A DNA stretch of 64,000 nucleotides from Setoptus koraiensis. Lineage: Eukaryota > Animalia > Arthropoda. A model generated the notes under the pieces. That model had not been told where the DNA came from, searched no databases, and saw only the letters and a program-made list of their open reading frames with translations. Shown piece by piece: positions 47,400 through 59,654 of the stretch. Location: the NCBI GenBank assembly GCA_048013815.1, contig CM106585.1, positions 13,578,001 through 13,642,000 on the forward strand. The letters are read 5' to 3'. The position numbers and the translations under genes were made by a program. Position 1 is the first letter of the stretch, and the number at the start of each line of letters is the position of its first letter.

Positions 47400-49142
47400 A
47401 TGAAAGTTAAAGTATTGTATGATTTTATCGCTCAACCAAATTCATCAGAATTGACTGTGAAAGCTGACGAAATTCTTACTGTAACAAGCCAAGATGTTGG
47501 CGAGGGCTGGTGGGAAGGCACCAACATTCATGGACAACGTGGACTGTTTCCAGCTGGCTATGTAGAGGCATATAGTGAAAAATCTGTCTATGATATCAAT
47601 CAACAGGTGCCTCATTCGACAAGCAGTTTTCAATCGAATCAGGCATCGTCCCAGTATCAACGTCCTCCTTCGGCCAGTGACCATCATGCACTTGCCGCTT
47701 CCGGGCACCAAGGTTCCATCACAGAGGAACCCGATTGGCCTGACGAAGATTGGGATGAAGACGATGACAGCGGTGACAACACTGAATATGGTGGTCAAAT
47801 CAATCAAGCAGGCTATTACTATTCTAAAGCAAATGCACAACCCGGTGCTCTAGATCATCTTAATTCGGCCGCGTCAGCAATGTCCATATGTGGCGATGAG
47901 AAGGCTCAAATTAATAGTGGTGGACCGATAAAACCTCGTAAAAATTTCAATCGATTCTCAGCCTTTGTCAAGTCGGGTTTGGAGAGCTATATACTTGAAG
48001 GGAAAACCATTCAAGTGCCTCCGGGTAGTGTAGTCACCATATTGAATGATAATGATGTTGGAATAATTTGGGATCCTATAGTAAATCCTTACACTTGTGC
48101 GGTGTCGAAACACGGAAAAGAAAAAAAGATGAAAGGCCTCAAATCGTATATATCCTATGATATAACTCCATCCACTAACAATATTATTGTCAGGAGACGC
48201 TACAAGCACTTTGATTGGTTGATGCAGCGACTCTCAGAGAAGTATATAGTAACCCCTTTGCCACCCCTACCTGAGAAACAAATCGCTGGTCGATTTCAAG
48301 AAGACTTTGTAGAACACCGCAGGAATTTACTTCAATTGTGGGTCAACTATATAACCAGACACCCACTATTATCAAGATGTGATGTTTGGTGGCACTTTAT
48401 GACATGTAATACAGATGACATGAAGGGTTGGAAGAATGGGAAGCGCAAAGCGGAGAAAGATGAGTTAGTAGGGGCAAATTTCTTCTTCGCTGTGGAAACC
48501 GATAGTACAGTTCCACCACTCGATCAAATGAAAACAGCCAAACAGTTAGATCAATTTCATCGTTTTGTGGGCAAGTTGGATGATGCCGTGAAGCATATGT
48601 TCACAACGACTGTAGATCAGAGCAAAAAGTTCTCAACTATGTACTCAAAAGATTATAGAAAGTTGAGTGAATCTATTAAGGAGCTAGCCTCAGCTTGTCA
48701 ATCTGGAACTCTATGGAGAAATAGTATCGGGTTAAACGAAGCTCTAAGAGAGACAAGTGTTGCATATGAGGAAATAAGTCGACTTCATGAAGAGGAACCA
48801 AAATACGATTTTGAGCCTATGGCAGATATTCTGCATCAATACCGGGGGCTTCTGGCGGGTTGGCCTGAAATAATACAATTACATCGAGATACTATGAACA
48901 AAAGAAGTGAACAGGAAAAAATGCTCGACGAGGGAAAAATTAGTGAAGCTATTTTGAGTCGAGTCAATCAAAGGGCTAACGTAACAACCTATGCGACGCT
49001 TGCTGAAATTAATCACTTTCATGATGAGAGAATAACTGATTTCAAACAAATGATGCAAGTCTTCTTGACCGCACAAATCAATTTCCATAATGATATATTG
49101 AGCAAGTTGACTTCAGCCCTTGATAAGTTCAACGACGCTTAG
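47400..49142 (+). CDS. SH3PX1: Sorting nexin 9/18/33 family (SH3-PX-BAR, SH3PX1), intronless
   Basis: SH3 VLYDF...GEGWWEG...GLFPAGYVE; acidic WDEDD motif; PX SYISY...VRRRYKHFDWL...LPPLPEKQIAGRF; BAR helices. First ATG at 47400. Confidence 0.93.
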   Translation: MKVKVLYDFIAQPNSSELTVKADEILTVTSQDVGEGWWEGTNIHGQRGLFPAGYVEAYSEKSVYDINQQVPHSTSSFQSNQASSQYQRPPSASDHHALAASGHQGSITEEPDWPDEDWDEDDDSGDNTEYGGQINQAGYYYSKANAQPGALDHLNSAASAMSICGDEKAQINSGGPIKPRKNFNRFSAFVKSGLESYILEGKTIQVPPGSVVTILNDNDVGIIWDPIVNPYTCAVSKHGKEKKMKGLKSYISYDITPSTNNIIVRRRYKHFDWLMQRLSEKYIVTPLPPLPEKQIAGRFQEDFVEHRRNLLQLWVNYITRHPLLSRCDVWWHFMTCNTDDMKGWKNGKRKAEKDELVGANFFFAVETDSTVPPLDQMKTAKQLDQFHRFVGKLDDAVKHMFTTTVDQSKKFSTMYSKDYRKLSESIKELASACQSGTLWRNSIGLNEALRETSVAYEEISRLHEEEPKYDFEPMADILHQYRGLLAGWPEIIQLHRDTMNKRSEQEKMLDEGKISEAILSRVNQRANVTTYATLAEINHFHDERITDFKQMMQVFLTAQINFHNDILSKLTSALDKFNDA

Positions 49143-51741
49143 CCTTGTTCAGTGTAACTTTATGATATTTAAATTCTAAAAATCTTTTCATAATAATATA
49201 ATTTATTAACTTTAATGATTTGTTTTGAAAATATCGAAATCGGCTATTCAGCATACATACCGGGGAAAAAATTTTATGATTTGGTTATAGACATTCTCGA
49301 CAAGTTCGTGTGCTCTGATATCTGTGAAATTTTTCTTTCCATGTGGATCTAAATATAGCTTTCTCAGAGAATGATTTTCATCTTCGATGTCCAACTCGTA
49401 GCTGATCGTTCGTTCGTTCTTGTCGTTCGTCATTCGGCATCGGTTGTCAGTATTGATGGGCCGATACACTGGACGAAATTATTTACTGTTTTGTGTATCT
49501 GTGACTGTCGATTGCGGCGATCATCGTTACTGACAGGTCATAACAATGTGTAGATCTGTATGATATCGACAATAAGAATGAGAGACCAACCATCTTTCGG
49601 CATATGCCGTTTCTTAAATTGTTCAAGGAAGTCTAACAATCCAGTCACTCTCGGGTACGATGTTAATATTTTAGATTTAAGAGCCCCTGCGCTTATCATA
49701 CCAGAGATTTCTCACCCATCATTATACGTTGGACCATTCCTAACATATAGAGCTGGTTCACCCGAATCACCCATTCTCCCTTGAGTATCTTTGAATTTTG
49801 GAGAGCTTATAACAGTTGATTGGCCGTTTGCATTTCCACTTCATAGCAAGTCGACTACAACTGCGCTGATTAGTAAAATCGGAACAATGTTTGGATTCGT
49901 ATTGAATGGTGAAAACAATCGTCGCAAAAAAAAGAATTGCTAATGAGAGAAGAATAGGGTTGCACTTTCATCGCCAGTCACTTGCTTGGCTCTCATTGTA
50001 TCATGAAGCAGCTCTAATTATTGATTCGAAATGCTCGTAAGCGTTCTCTGTATGTCACCCTGTCACAATGTCACCAAAAACAGCCAGTTACGATGTACAG
50101 AAACCGGAAGTGTCCGGCACAGACAAAACATGGATTGTGCTAGAGAAAGGCAGACTTGTCTCCATTAGAGCACAACTGACACCGAAAATAACTGGTCGAA
50201 TCGAAAACGGTTATCGAATTTGAGAGAAGAACTCTTTTTGTTTTGTATTCATGCGATTGTTAATTAATTTTGAGCGCGATGTGCTCTAGTTGGCGCTATT
50301 ACTTGATATTTAGCAACGGTTTTATCAGACCGTTGCTAAACTGCCACAGTGGTGGATAGCGAGGAACGCATTTGTAGACTCTCCGGGAACGAAGAAGGTA
50401 AATTTTGGATGAGACACTAGTGTACACATGAGTACGTCAATCAGATATGTTGTTGTATTGTTTGTTTAGAGAGACAAATAACGACGGAGATTCTAGAATC
50501 CTGCACCGACTTATGTAAACAGTGCCAGACCCGGATTATATGCCGTGTCCACTAATGTCCACCACTACTTCTGGCGCTCTTATTATTGTTTCTGATATTT
50601 GTGGCGGCGCCACAACGTCTGCTGACCGTTTCTCCAGCGCCAACCTGACTCTTGCTTCGGCTGGAAATAAAATGGCTTGTCTGGTGTGCTAAAATGCGTT
50701 GTTTGCACTATTTACCCTGGCCTAATATGCACCGCTTCGCCGTGTTTGTGGTGGCTTGCAATCAAACAAGTGTAATAATATGATAATATTGGAGAATGCC
50801 ATCTCAGTGCAAACACACACACACAGAGCAAAGACAACAAATATCTCGTCGGGGATTAGCGCGATGAAAAGTGTTTTATTTCAACCGTGTTGTCATACGG
50901 CAGCGGTGGCTATCACATGTTGGCAAACAGCTTTCGTCAATCTGTCTGGCGATTCTATGCTAAAACTATGGTTATAACGCTATAACCATAGCGCTGCCTG
51001 GGGCCTCCACTTGTTGCCGCCGACCAGTTGTCGTTACTTTGCCTGGTCAGTTTGCCCGACGACGACAAGTCTAGCGCGACGATGACCAACATACCGGCCA
51101 ACATGGTCAGGCGCTATAGGCACAGCTTCTCTGCATGCGGATGATTGTTGAGTCTGTGCACGATATATTTTCTACAGGTGAGAATGATCAACAACAACAG
51201 CACGTACAAACACACGTACACACACGTACAAACACGTACACACACACTAGCGACTTGTTCACACTCGACTCGCAGCAAAAGGAAACAAACAAATGGAAAC
51301 AATAAATTTGTGTGTACTTATGCACAAGTCTCGGCGCCATCGTGTCTCGCTCCGTCTTTCTGTTTTCCTACACAGGCGCTGCTACCCACCCCTGGCCAGG
51401 TTTAATCCAGGCAGTAAAATTCCAAATGGTGATCGTCGTCTAAAGTGACCAGCAAACAAACACGAACACTGAACCGAAATTATCGCTGTTGTTGTCTCTC
51501 GTTGTTTGACTTGCTGCGGTGTTCGCTGACCAGCTAATGTTGGCCGTGGTCGTTGTCGCGGCAACTGGCGCCCCGGACGATTCTTTGCACTCGTTCGCTG
51601 GCGTTCCAAATGACAATTCAGTCGTACAAAAGTCGTCGTTCGTGTCAGCAGCATCAGTTGCCCAACTAAATATCACGAGACAATCACATCGCATCCAATA
51701 AAATCGAACCCAAGCCCAATAAGCTCGACAAAGGCACCAAA

Positions 51742-52989
51742 ATGAAATTCGCTCTAAATTCTACGTGTCTGCATATAATCTGCACGCTGACGTTAATCAA
51801 CGCCGTCGCCGGCGACGTCCCGAACATCAACAAACCCGCCATTGGCCGTCAGCAACAACAACAGCGCCAACAGCAGCGCCAGCAACAACAGTCTCGCCAA
51901 CAACAACACCAGCAGCAGCAGCCGCGGCTTGTAAGTGCGCCCAAGTCAACCAATCAGCCGAGACTGGTGCAACCCGTTCAACAGCAAAAGCTGCAAACCG
52001 CACCGCCCCCGCAACGGTGGAGCCAATGGAGCAACTGCTCAGAGTGCCGGCAGACTCGCACCAAGAACATCCGGGGCAAACTGGTGAAGCAAGAGAGACG
52101 CTGCAAGACAGCTCAATGTCTAGATCAATTGTTGTATCCCATCAACGATAAAACTTGCGGCATGCACATGTCGTCGATGCTCAGAATTGTAGGCGGACGC
52201 GAATCATCGTTTGGAGCTTGGCCCTGGCAAGTGTTACTACTGGACAATTTCGAGGACCCCGTTTGCGGGGGCACGCTAATAACGCCGGAGTTTGTGCTCA
52301 CCGCTGCCCACTGTGTCCAGAGAAGAATGTATGTGAGAGCGGGCGAGCACGATCTCAGTGTCCACGAGGGCACAGAGCAACAAGTGGCCGTGGCGCCCGT
52401 CCATCTAAATCATCCGTCCTATAATGCCGACATTGTCGACAATGATATCGCCCTACTGAAACTGAAAACTCCGCTCAATCTAACACAAAACGTCTGGCCG
52501 GCGTGTTTGCCCGCCATGAATGACAAACTAAAACCTTCCACTCTGGCAACCATTTTAGGCTGGGGAGTGGTCAGTCACAGGGGACCAGTTGATACAGAGA
52601 CACCCAGATATCTGGGCGCCAATATTCTCAATCAGGCAAGGGTGCCCATTGTGGACTTCGAGAATTGTAAAAAAGTTTATCAGAATTACTTCATTAGTGA
52701 TAATATGATTTGTGCCGGCTACAGGCGGGGCAAGGTAGATTCGTGCGCCGGCGATTCGGGCGGCCCCCTACTCATTCAGCGCCAAAATAAATGGTATGTC
52801 CACGGGGTGACCTCGTTTGGCGAAGGCTGCGGCAAACGGGGCAAATATGGCATTTACAGCAAGACTACAAATTTTGTCAATTGGATACGCCAGACAGTGT
52901 CCAAGTTTGGAACTAAAACTGTCAAAATACCGCGACCGCATAAAATCAATCAGATTGTAGAAAACAATATCAGGAAGAAGAACCTTTAA
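51742..52989 (+). CDS. Secreted active trypsin-like serine protease with TSP1-like N-terminal module
   Basis: Signal peptide, poly-Q, WSQWSNCSEC...RRC module, activation site R|IVGG, intact triad TAAHC / DNDIALL / GDSGG, S1 Asp (VDSC). Confidence 0.9.
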   Translation: MKFALNSTCLHIICTLTLINAVAGDVPNINKPAIGRQQQQQRQQQRQQQQSRQQQHQQQQPRLVSAPKSTNQPRLVQPVQQQKLQTAPPPQRWSQWSNCSECRQTRTKNIRGKLVKQERRCKTAQCLDQLLYPINDKTCGMHMSSMLRIVGGRESSFGAWPWQVLLLDNFEDPVCGGTLITPEFVLTAAHCVQRRMYVRAGEHDLSVHEGTEQQVAVAPVHLNHPSYNADIVDNDIALLKLKTPLNLTQNVWPACLPAMNDKLKPSTLATILGWGVVSHRGPVDTETPRYLGANILNQARVPIVDFENCKKVYQNYFISDNMICAGYRRGKVDSCAGDSGGPLLIQRQNKWYVHGVTSFGEGCGKRGKYGIYSKTTNFVNWIRQTVSKFGTKTVKIPRPHKINQIVENNIRKKNL

Positions 52990-53086
52990 ATTAACATAAG
53001 TTAATGCAAGGGGAACAACAAAAACTTACACGTCTCCAGCTGATGTCAAGCGGCGGAGATACCCTCTGTGATTAAATCGACTATGA

Positions 53087-53350
53087 TGTTACTATCAAAA
53101 GTTGAGCCCCCTCGAGGTGTTGTCCAAAATATCATTATCCTGGTTTATGACCATATTTTTGAATGTGATGTTCTTTGAAACAACACTGCATATTGTGGAC
53201 TGTTTTTTCTATGATGGTGCGAGAGTGGTATTTATGGTTGCGCTTGTGATACGCCAATCAATCTCTGGTGCTTCAAGTTCGCGACGTCAGTGATGCGATG
53301 ACGATATCTATCGGATACAATGAAAGTATCAGATCACTAATAAATGATCC
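53087..53350 (+). pseudogene. TBC1D8/TBC1D9-like TBC-domain fragment, truncated and frameshifted
   Basis: ISLSWFMTIFLNVMFFETTLHIVDCFFYDGARVVFMVAL matches the recalled TBC1D9 [30 protein letters not shown]. The continuation (YANQSLVLQVRDVSDAMT) is in another frame after ~53250; in-frame stop at 53084; no ATG or clear splice sites. Confidence 0.7.
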
Positions 53351-54870
53351 ATATGCGAAATACAGCAAAATCGACAAAAAAAATGATTGAGAAGCTGAAA
53401 CCGAAGCATAGAATCAGCCTGGTGCCAGGAGTCTACAAAATGGATACCAAGCGAAACAACGGTACCTTTCTAGCGATGAGTTATTAAAAGACAACAAAGT
53501 TTACCACCAAGTGGTTGTAATATTGCTGCTGTGCAGGAATTCGTAGAGCTGGAATGTAAATAGTGGAATAAATAGTAAGCTCATTCAAATTTGGTTCCGT
53601 AGCGGTGTGTTTATTTCCTTAAAGCTATTATGAGTTATAAGAGATGGCTTTTTATCATGTGTGGACGCTCCACGACCAATGAATTCACTCATGTCAATAT
53701 ACTCATCTTCAATTTTTTCCGATATATCGTATTTATCACTGTGGAAATGACTAGAAGGCCTTTTTTGACATTCTGGCCTTAAATTCTTCGAACCGGCTAG
53801 TTGCCATATCTTTGGAAGATGATCGATGCCCCTCTCGAAAGATCTCGTCCGCATAAATCGTGTCGTAAAGAATTCTTTGGCAGGAGGGTTCTTGAGATTA
53901 CGAGTTTGTGAGGTTCCTCCCTCGGTGGCGACGGGGGTCGTGCCGACGTCCTCATTCGTCGTCTCATGTTGTGAGTCCAACTTACAAAATGTGTGCATCG
54001 AGAAAACGATTGTTTAGAATAGTTCAGACACAGTGGAACTGTCAATCAATCCTCATGGATGTCCTGGTTTGTTGGCTTCGCCAGCTGTGTACTTTTTCAT
54101 ATCGCATAAAGTAATGCCAGGCATAGTTCGATATACAACATTTGCCAAATATCTCACTTGGATTTTCCGTGGACTGATAAACATGTTAATAATAACACAT
54201 TTGCGTTGTATAGTGCCAGATTATGGATAATAACGTCTTGCCTGCATGGATATTCTCATGAAATTCCATCGTCCGGGAATCCTTTCAAAGATAAACTCTA
54301 GAGATGTCTCTCATCATGGACTGTTGTTGTCGATTTGCCTCATCAGTGTTGCTGCTTGATTGTAAATATACAGTGTATAATGAGTGTCAATTTCGTAACA
54401 GGTTATCATGGTATAGCAATGATCGGACCGTCCGGTCATAGATAATGCTGGATGCAAGAGGTTTGGATAGCTAATTGTGGCTCTTGTTGTTGCTGCTGGA
54501 CAGTGTTTATTACAGCTTGGCCAAACTCAGGCTATGAAAATGAAATGCAATTCAGATTAATTAACACAACAGTTGTGTCACAACTACAACACATAGTATG
54601 GCTCTAAAGATTTTGAGTTTACATTGTACCTTTTGAATAGTTCTAGTGTCCAATGCCAGCACTAGCCTGAGCTACCTGCGTGCGCAGTACACCATTGTTG
54701 TGAAATTGTGTTTGTATGATTTTTTTTTCTCATTGTACATCACTTGAGCACAACGCCAGTTGCGTATCACTACTATAATTAAATCAAACAAGTGTATTCA
54801 CTCACCAACTTGGACCCCTTCACCACCAACCCTCTAGAATCAATTTTAATTTATATCTAACAAGACAGCA

Positions 54871-55833
54871 ATGCCACGCCAATCAAATAAGAATCTGGCC
54901 CGTCGGGCTACACATGCTGGCAGCTGGTACGATGAATCACCAGAGAAATTACGTGGCAAACTAAACAATTGGATTGGCTCGGCAGGTCAGCCAGTGTTTT
55001 CGCCGGCACGAGCCATAATTTCGCCTCATGCTGGATACCAGTACAGTGGAAAATGTGCAGCTCACGCTTTCAAGGAGATAGATCCTAATATTGTTAAGAG
55101 AATCTTTATATTGGGTCCGTCTCATTTTCTCAGGTTAGGTGGATGCGCTCTGAGCCCAGCCTCAACTTATGAGACCCCTCTAGGAAATCTAACTATTGAT
55201 CAAGAAATTTATGAGGAATTGTATTCGACAAAATTATTTGAGGAATTAACCATACATAGTGATGAAAAAGAGCACAGTCTCGAGATGCAACTGCCTTATA
55301 TTGTAAGGATAATGGAGAGTCGTGATAAACCATACACAATTGTACCAGTTATGGTAGGCTCTCTCAGTTCTGAAAAAGAAAGCATGTACGGCAAAATTTT
55401 TTCAAAATATCTTGCAGATCGTGAAAATGCGTTTGTTATATCATCAGATTTCTGTCACTGGGGCCAAAATTTCCAATACCAATTCTATGACAAATCATGG
55501 GGACAGATCTACGAATGTGTTGAAGAATTAGATAAATTAGGTATGAAAACTATTAAAACACTTGTGCCAAGCGAATTCTCCTCCTATCTCAAGAAATATG
55601 AAAACACCATTTGTGGCCGCCATCCAATTGGGGTCATGGTTAGTGCAACATACGAACTAAACCAGGACTCTAGATACTGGATGAAATTTTTAAACTATGA
55701 CCAATCAAAACAATGCAGAAACATGTATGAATCATCGGTCAGTTATGTTGCAGGAAGCTTGAAAGAGTTTGAGGACGAAGAATGTCGACCTAAGGGATTG
55801 ATTAAGGATGTATGCGATGAGAAAACTTTTTAG
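54871..55833 (+). CDS. MEMO1: Protein MEMO1, intronless
   Basis: RRATHAGSWY, IISPHAGYQYSG, FILGPSH, EHSLEMQLPY, ISSDFCHWG, NTICGRHPI, SSVSY. Confidence 0.95.
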   Translation: MPRQSNKNLARRATHAGSWYDESPEKLRGKLNNWIGSAGQPVFSPARAIISPHAGYQYSGKCAAHAFKEIDPNIVKRIFILGPSHFLRLGGCALSPASTYETPLGNLTIDQEIYEELYSTKLFEELTIHSDEKEHSLEMQLPYIVRIMESRDKPYTIVPVMVGSLSSEKESMYGKIFSKYLADRENAFVISSDFCHWGQNFQYQFYDKSWGQIYECVEELDKLGMKTIKTLVPSEFSSYLKKYENTICGRHPIGVMVSATYELNQDSRYWMKFLNYDQSKQCRNMYESSVSYVAGSLKEFEDEECRPKGLIKDVCDEKTF

Positions 55834-56452
55834 TGAGGTTCTACAAATTTTACAACGCAAACAATAAAATACAATTTGCAAAATGCGGATTGATTATTTA
55901 TTTTAATCAACGATAACATACATTTCGAGACTATTTTAAAGTCTAGCACCTCAAAAGGGGGGCTCTCTTTAGAGATAGTGAATCACCTTCGAGAAAGCTA
56001 TTGTAACACTCATTCGCAAAATTAAGTGCCCTGTAACACTCGGAATTTCACTTCCGGATGAAACAAGTTATCAAGTTGGAACTTCACAGAACCGACAACA
56101 CTTGTGTAACTGAAAAATAAAGCAGTAATATACCCTGTAAATTCTGTGGAGAGCTCATGCCTCTTGAGACCAAACCATTCTTGGATCCCTCAGGCTAATT
56201 TGAACTACACTCATGATAGTAGATGGAACTTAACCCATAAAGCTACTAATTGTTCGAATGTCGATCGAATCACCATTCAAGCACATAGACATCCTGGCTA
56301 GTCTTGACAGATATATTTTTTATAGTGTATTTCACTTTGAAGTGCACTCTCTACAATCTTATCCATAAATATTTATTGAGAATATATCTTTAAATAGGTA
56401 AATAGGATACATTATATATCTTGAAGTTATTTTACAGTTCATAACAGAGGTC

Positions 56453-58248
56453 TTATGTCTCTTCCTGCCTACGTAATCTGTAGACTATGAACATGACTAT
56501 CAATATGGCCACATACAGTCCAATAACGGTGCTACCTAAAACTACTGTTGTGAAAATAAATGATGATGATGAAGATGATTAGTAAACATGTATATTAAAA
56601 GGAATAATATGTTGCTTCTCTTTCTAGCCATGACACGACGAGTATACTTACATAGTATTATTACCGGATGAGCGAAGAGCGGTAGCGAACGTAACTCAAA
56701 GATTTTCGGTCTTGAGACAAAGTTAGGATAGTAAGTCTCTTGGACGGCATGGGGTTCATCTATGCGCTCTACACGATTATCCGTAATCACAGGAGGACCT
56801 CGGTTGTTGCTAGGATCTAATTTCAAATCAGTAGGGGTCATCGTTGTAGAGTCGTCAAGTGAGTTTGTGTAACTTGTGATATTCTTAGTATCGACTGTAT
56901 TTTCTGAGTATTTGTCTTTGTTTTGATTGATATTTGGATCCAGATTAGATATATCAGAATCAATATCATCCAAGTCATCATCATCATCTTCATCATCTTC
57001 ATCATCTAGATCATCATCATCTAGATCATCGTCATCATCGTCGACAGTATCGGTAAAAACAGACTCATCATCAATGGGGGCAGTAGTTGTGGTATGAGTA
57101 AATATATTGTCAGTATTGAAAGGACGTGTCGTGGCTGTTGGCGTTGATGTTGATGTTGCAGCTGTAGTTGAAATCGGCTGAATCGGAGTAGTTGTCTCTA
57201 CAAGAACAATAGTTGTGATTGATGGTTTAAAGGTTGTCGTGGGAGCTTGAGTATATATAGTTTGTAAGGTCGGACGGGTTTCTGTTGTCGACGTTGATGT
57301 GTATACTACTGGTTTGTCGGTGCGACTTTCTGATTCTGGATTCAAGTTATCTTCAAAATCTGGACCGGCCTCATCATCATCATCATCCTCATCGTCTTCA
57401 TCCTCTTCTTCGGACTCAACGTCAAGATTAGTAGTAGATCTTGAGCCATCATCAGGAAGTTTGGTAGACTCCACCGAAGACCATGGACGTCTAGTGGTCC
57501 ATTCCTCTTTTGTAAATCGCTGAGGCTCAGTCGTGGAAGTGAAAATAGATGAGATTGTGGATGGAGGGATCACTTTACTTGAGCTAGATGAGGCGGGTTT
57601 TATCGTTGTAGGCAGATCATATTCATGTTTTTTTGTCGATGGATCGTTCGCATTTGAAGTTGTTGATGCTGGTGTAGGTTTAGTCACTATTTCCATGGAG
57701 GACAGTGAATCGTCTGCTGGAGTGGGAGTAGTTTGGCTATTCTTTGAGTAGGCGTTGGATGAAGTTGACTGTATTACATCTTTTGGCTCATGATTTCCAG
57801 AACCTGGATCTATATCTTCGCCCCTTTCATCATCATCGTAATCATCTTCATCTCCTTCTTCGTTATCATCATTTGATTCATGATCGTCTACACTGCCATC
57901 TCCGCTACCTTCCGCGGTGAATATGGAACCATCGTCACTATTGGCACGATCGACATTCTCCTCTTTGCTGGAGGGCAAAATCATAGAGGATCCATCGGCA
58001 TCACGATTTGTGGAATCATGAGTCGGTAAGATATGTGAGGCACCGTGGTGATTGTTGTTGTTAACACCTAACCTTCGTGTGTTGTGAAGTCCACGTGCTT
58101 GCTGCAATCGGGTATTGACAATATTATGTTCGCTCGGTGGTCTTGCTTCGTGAACATGTACATGACTAATCAATAGTAGAACGCTAACAACAATAACATC
58201 CACAGCGTGAAGCGTTAGGTTATAGGGTGATTCTCGTTTTCCAGGCAT
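56453..58248 (-). CDS. Sdc: Syndecan-like heparan sulfate proteoglycan with truncated cytoplasmic tail
   Basis: Exons 58248-56652 and 56544-56453 (107-nt GT-AG intron). Signal peptide, EGSGDG and GSG glycosaminoglycan sites in acidic context, T-rich mucin stalk, FAHP, TM VLGSTVIGLYVAILIVMFIV, then YRLRRQEET*. Confidence 0.8.
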
Positions 58249-59589
58249 TCATTCGGCGACTAAAGTGGTTGCAGGGTAAAATGTATTACTTGAAGTTGAG
58301 TAGACGTATCTCCTTGTGTGAGTGATGAGTATAAAACCTTGCGCCCACTTAACTCGGTGTTTTGATTGAGTTGAGGTTGAATAAAGGGATAAAAAAGTAG
58401 AATTCTTTATAAAATAGTGATAATCATAATTCGATGTTTGAGAGTTTGCTTTTGACGTTTCGCTGGTGAAACGATTTGTTCGTTAGAGTTGTATCATGGT
58501 CATATTTATTATTTCATTTTGATAATAGTAGACCTGGTATTGCAATGAAAGGCTTGGTTGATTAAATAAGTGATAGTTGTTTCTCAGTGTGTCAATATTG
58601 TTGACTTTGACAACAAAATTGTGCTGATGCGATATCTGTGAGATCTAGTATACTGGTGTTTGTTGACGAATGTTTGCGTCTAGGCGAGTGAATCATGACA
58701 ATGACAACGATGAATAATTGTCATGGCGCCTTGTGGCTATGAGCATTGTGAAATAGAGAGAATAAACGTGTCGCTAATGTTTAACTATGCTAGCAATGAT
58801 GAGTAAACAATGATGGCTCGATAGATAGATGCAACACTGGTGTGAGTATAAAAAATAAGATTCTGGTTTGGTGCCGTTGGTTTTAGGATTGGATTTGGTT
58901 GTCAGTCATAGTGCTCGAATTGGGTGGTGCCTGTAGCGCGACAATATGGTTTTAATAATGATCGATTTGCCCTATGCTCCTTTGTGTCGCTGTAATGTGG
59001 TGCAATGTGGATACAAATATAATAAATGCGTGTACCAGATATATGCTAATTAGAGCTAATGGTCGATGGTGCATTGGTCTGCCTGCGGACAACCAATACC
59101 AACACAAGTTATAGGCCGCACACACACACACACACACAAACACAAATTTTCTACATCTGCATCCATCAAGTGTATCATGCACCAAGGATGAGTGAACTTT
59201 TTGTTCGGTATACCTCACAACGCACACACGCACACACACACACACACACACAAACGCAGGGAGAGAGAGGGAGAGGGAGCACGATCAATGGTGAACCAGT
59301 GCGCCGTCCATGGACTCTATGGACAGGGCACCGAGCAAGTTTCAGGCAGTGGCGCGAACATGCTGTGGCACGCATTGCTTTTTGCAAAGTGACGGGCGAG
59401 CGCGTCAGTTGACGCACACACCCGTGCCGATGTGCGTCGAATGGGCACGCACACACGCACCTTGCAGGACACGCAAATATACACGTCTAGTGGCATAGTC
59501 AGCAGCGGTTTACACTATTCAAAGCGCTGCAGGGCACAATTTGTGTTTGTGGGTGCCATTAGCCTGCACATTTCACAACTGCACAGCAC

Positions 59590-59654
59590 GCAAACTGCAG
59601 AACAACAGCGTGCAAACTGCAGAACAACAGCGTGCAAACTGCAGAACAACAGCG
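59590..59654. repeat. 22-bp minisatellite, about 3 copies, among (CA)n tracts
   Basis: gcaaactgcagaacaacagcgt repeated in tandem; (CA)n runs near 59119, 59222 and 59748. Confidence 0.92.

Noticed and set aside
49248-49900. Several short ORFs downstream of SH3PX1 with coding-like composition
   Set aside because: All frames are broken by stops and no family is recognisable.
50649-50680. TCTTGCTTCGGC resembles the U6 5' end
   Set aside because: Only 12 nt match and the ACAGAGA box is absent.
53585-53998. 137-aa minus-strand ORF
   Set aside because: No recognisable motif or splice partners; cannot be supported as a gene.
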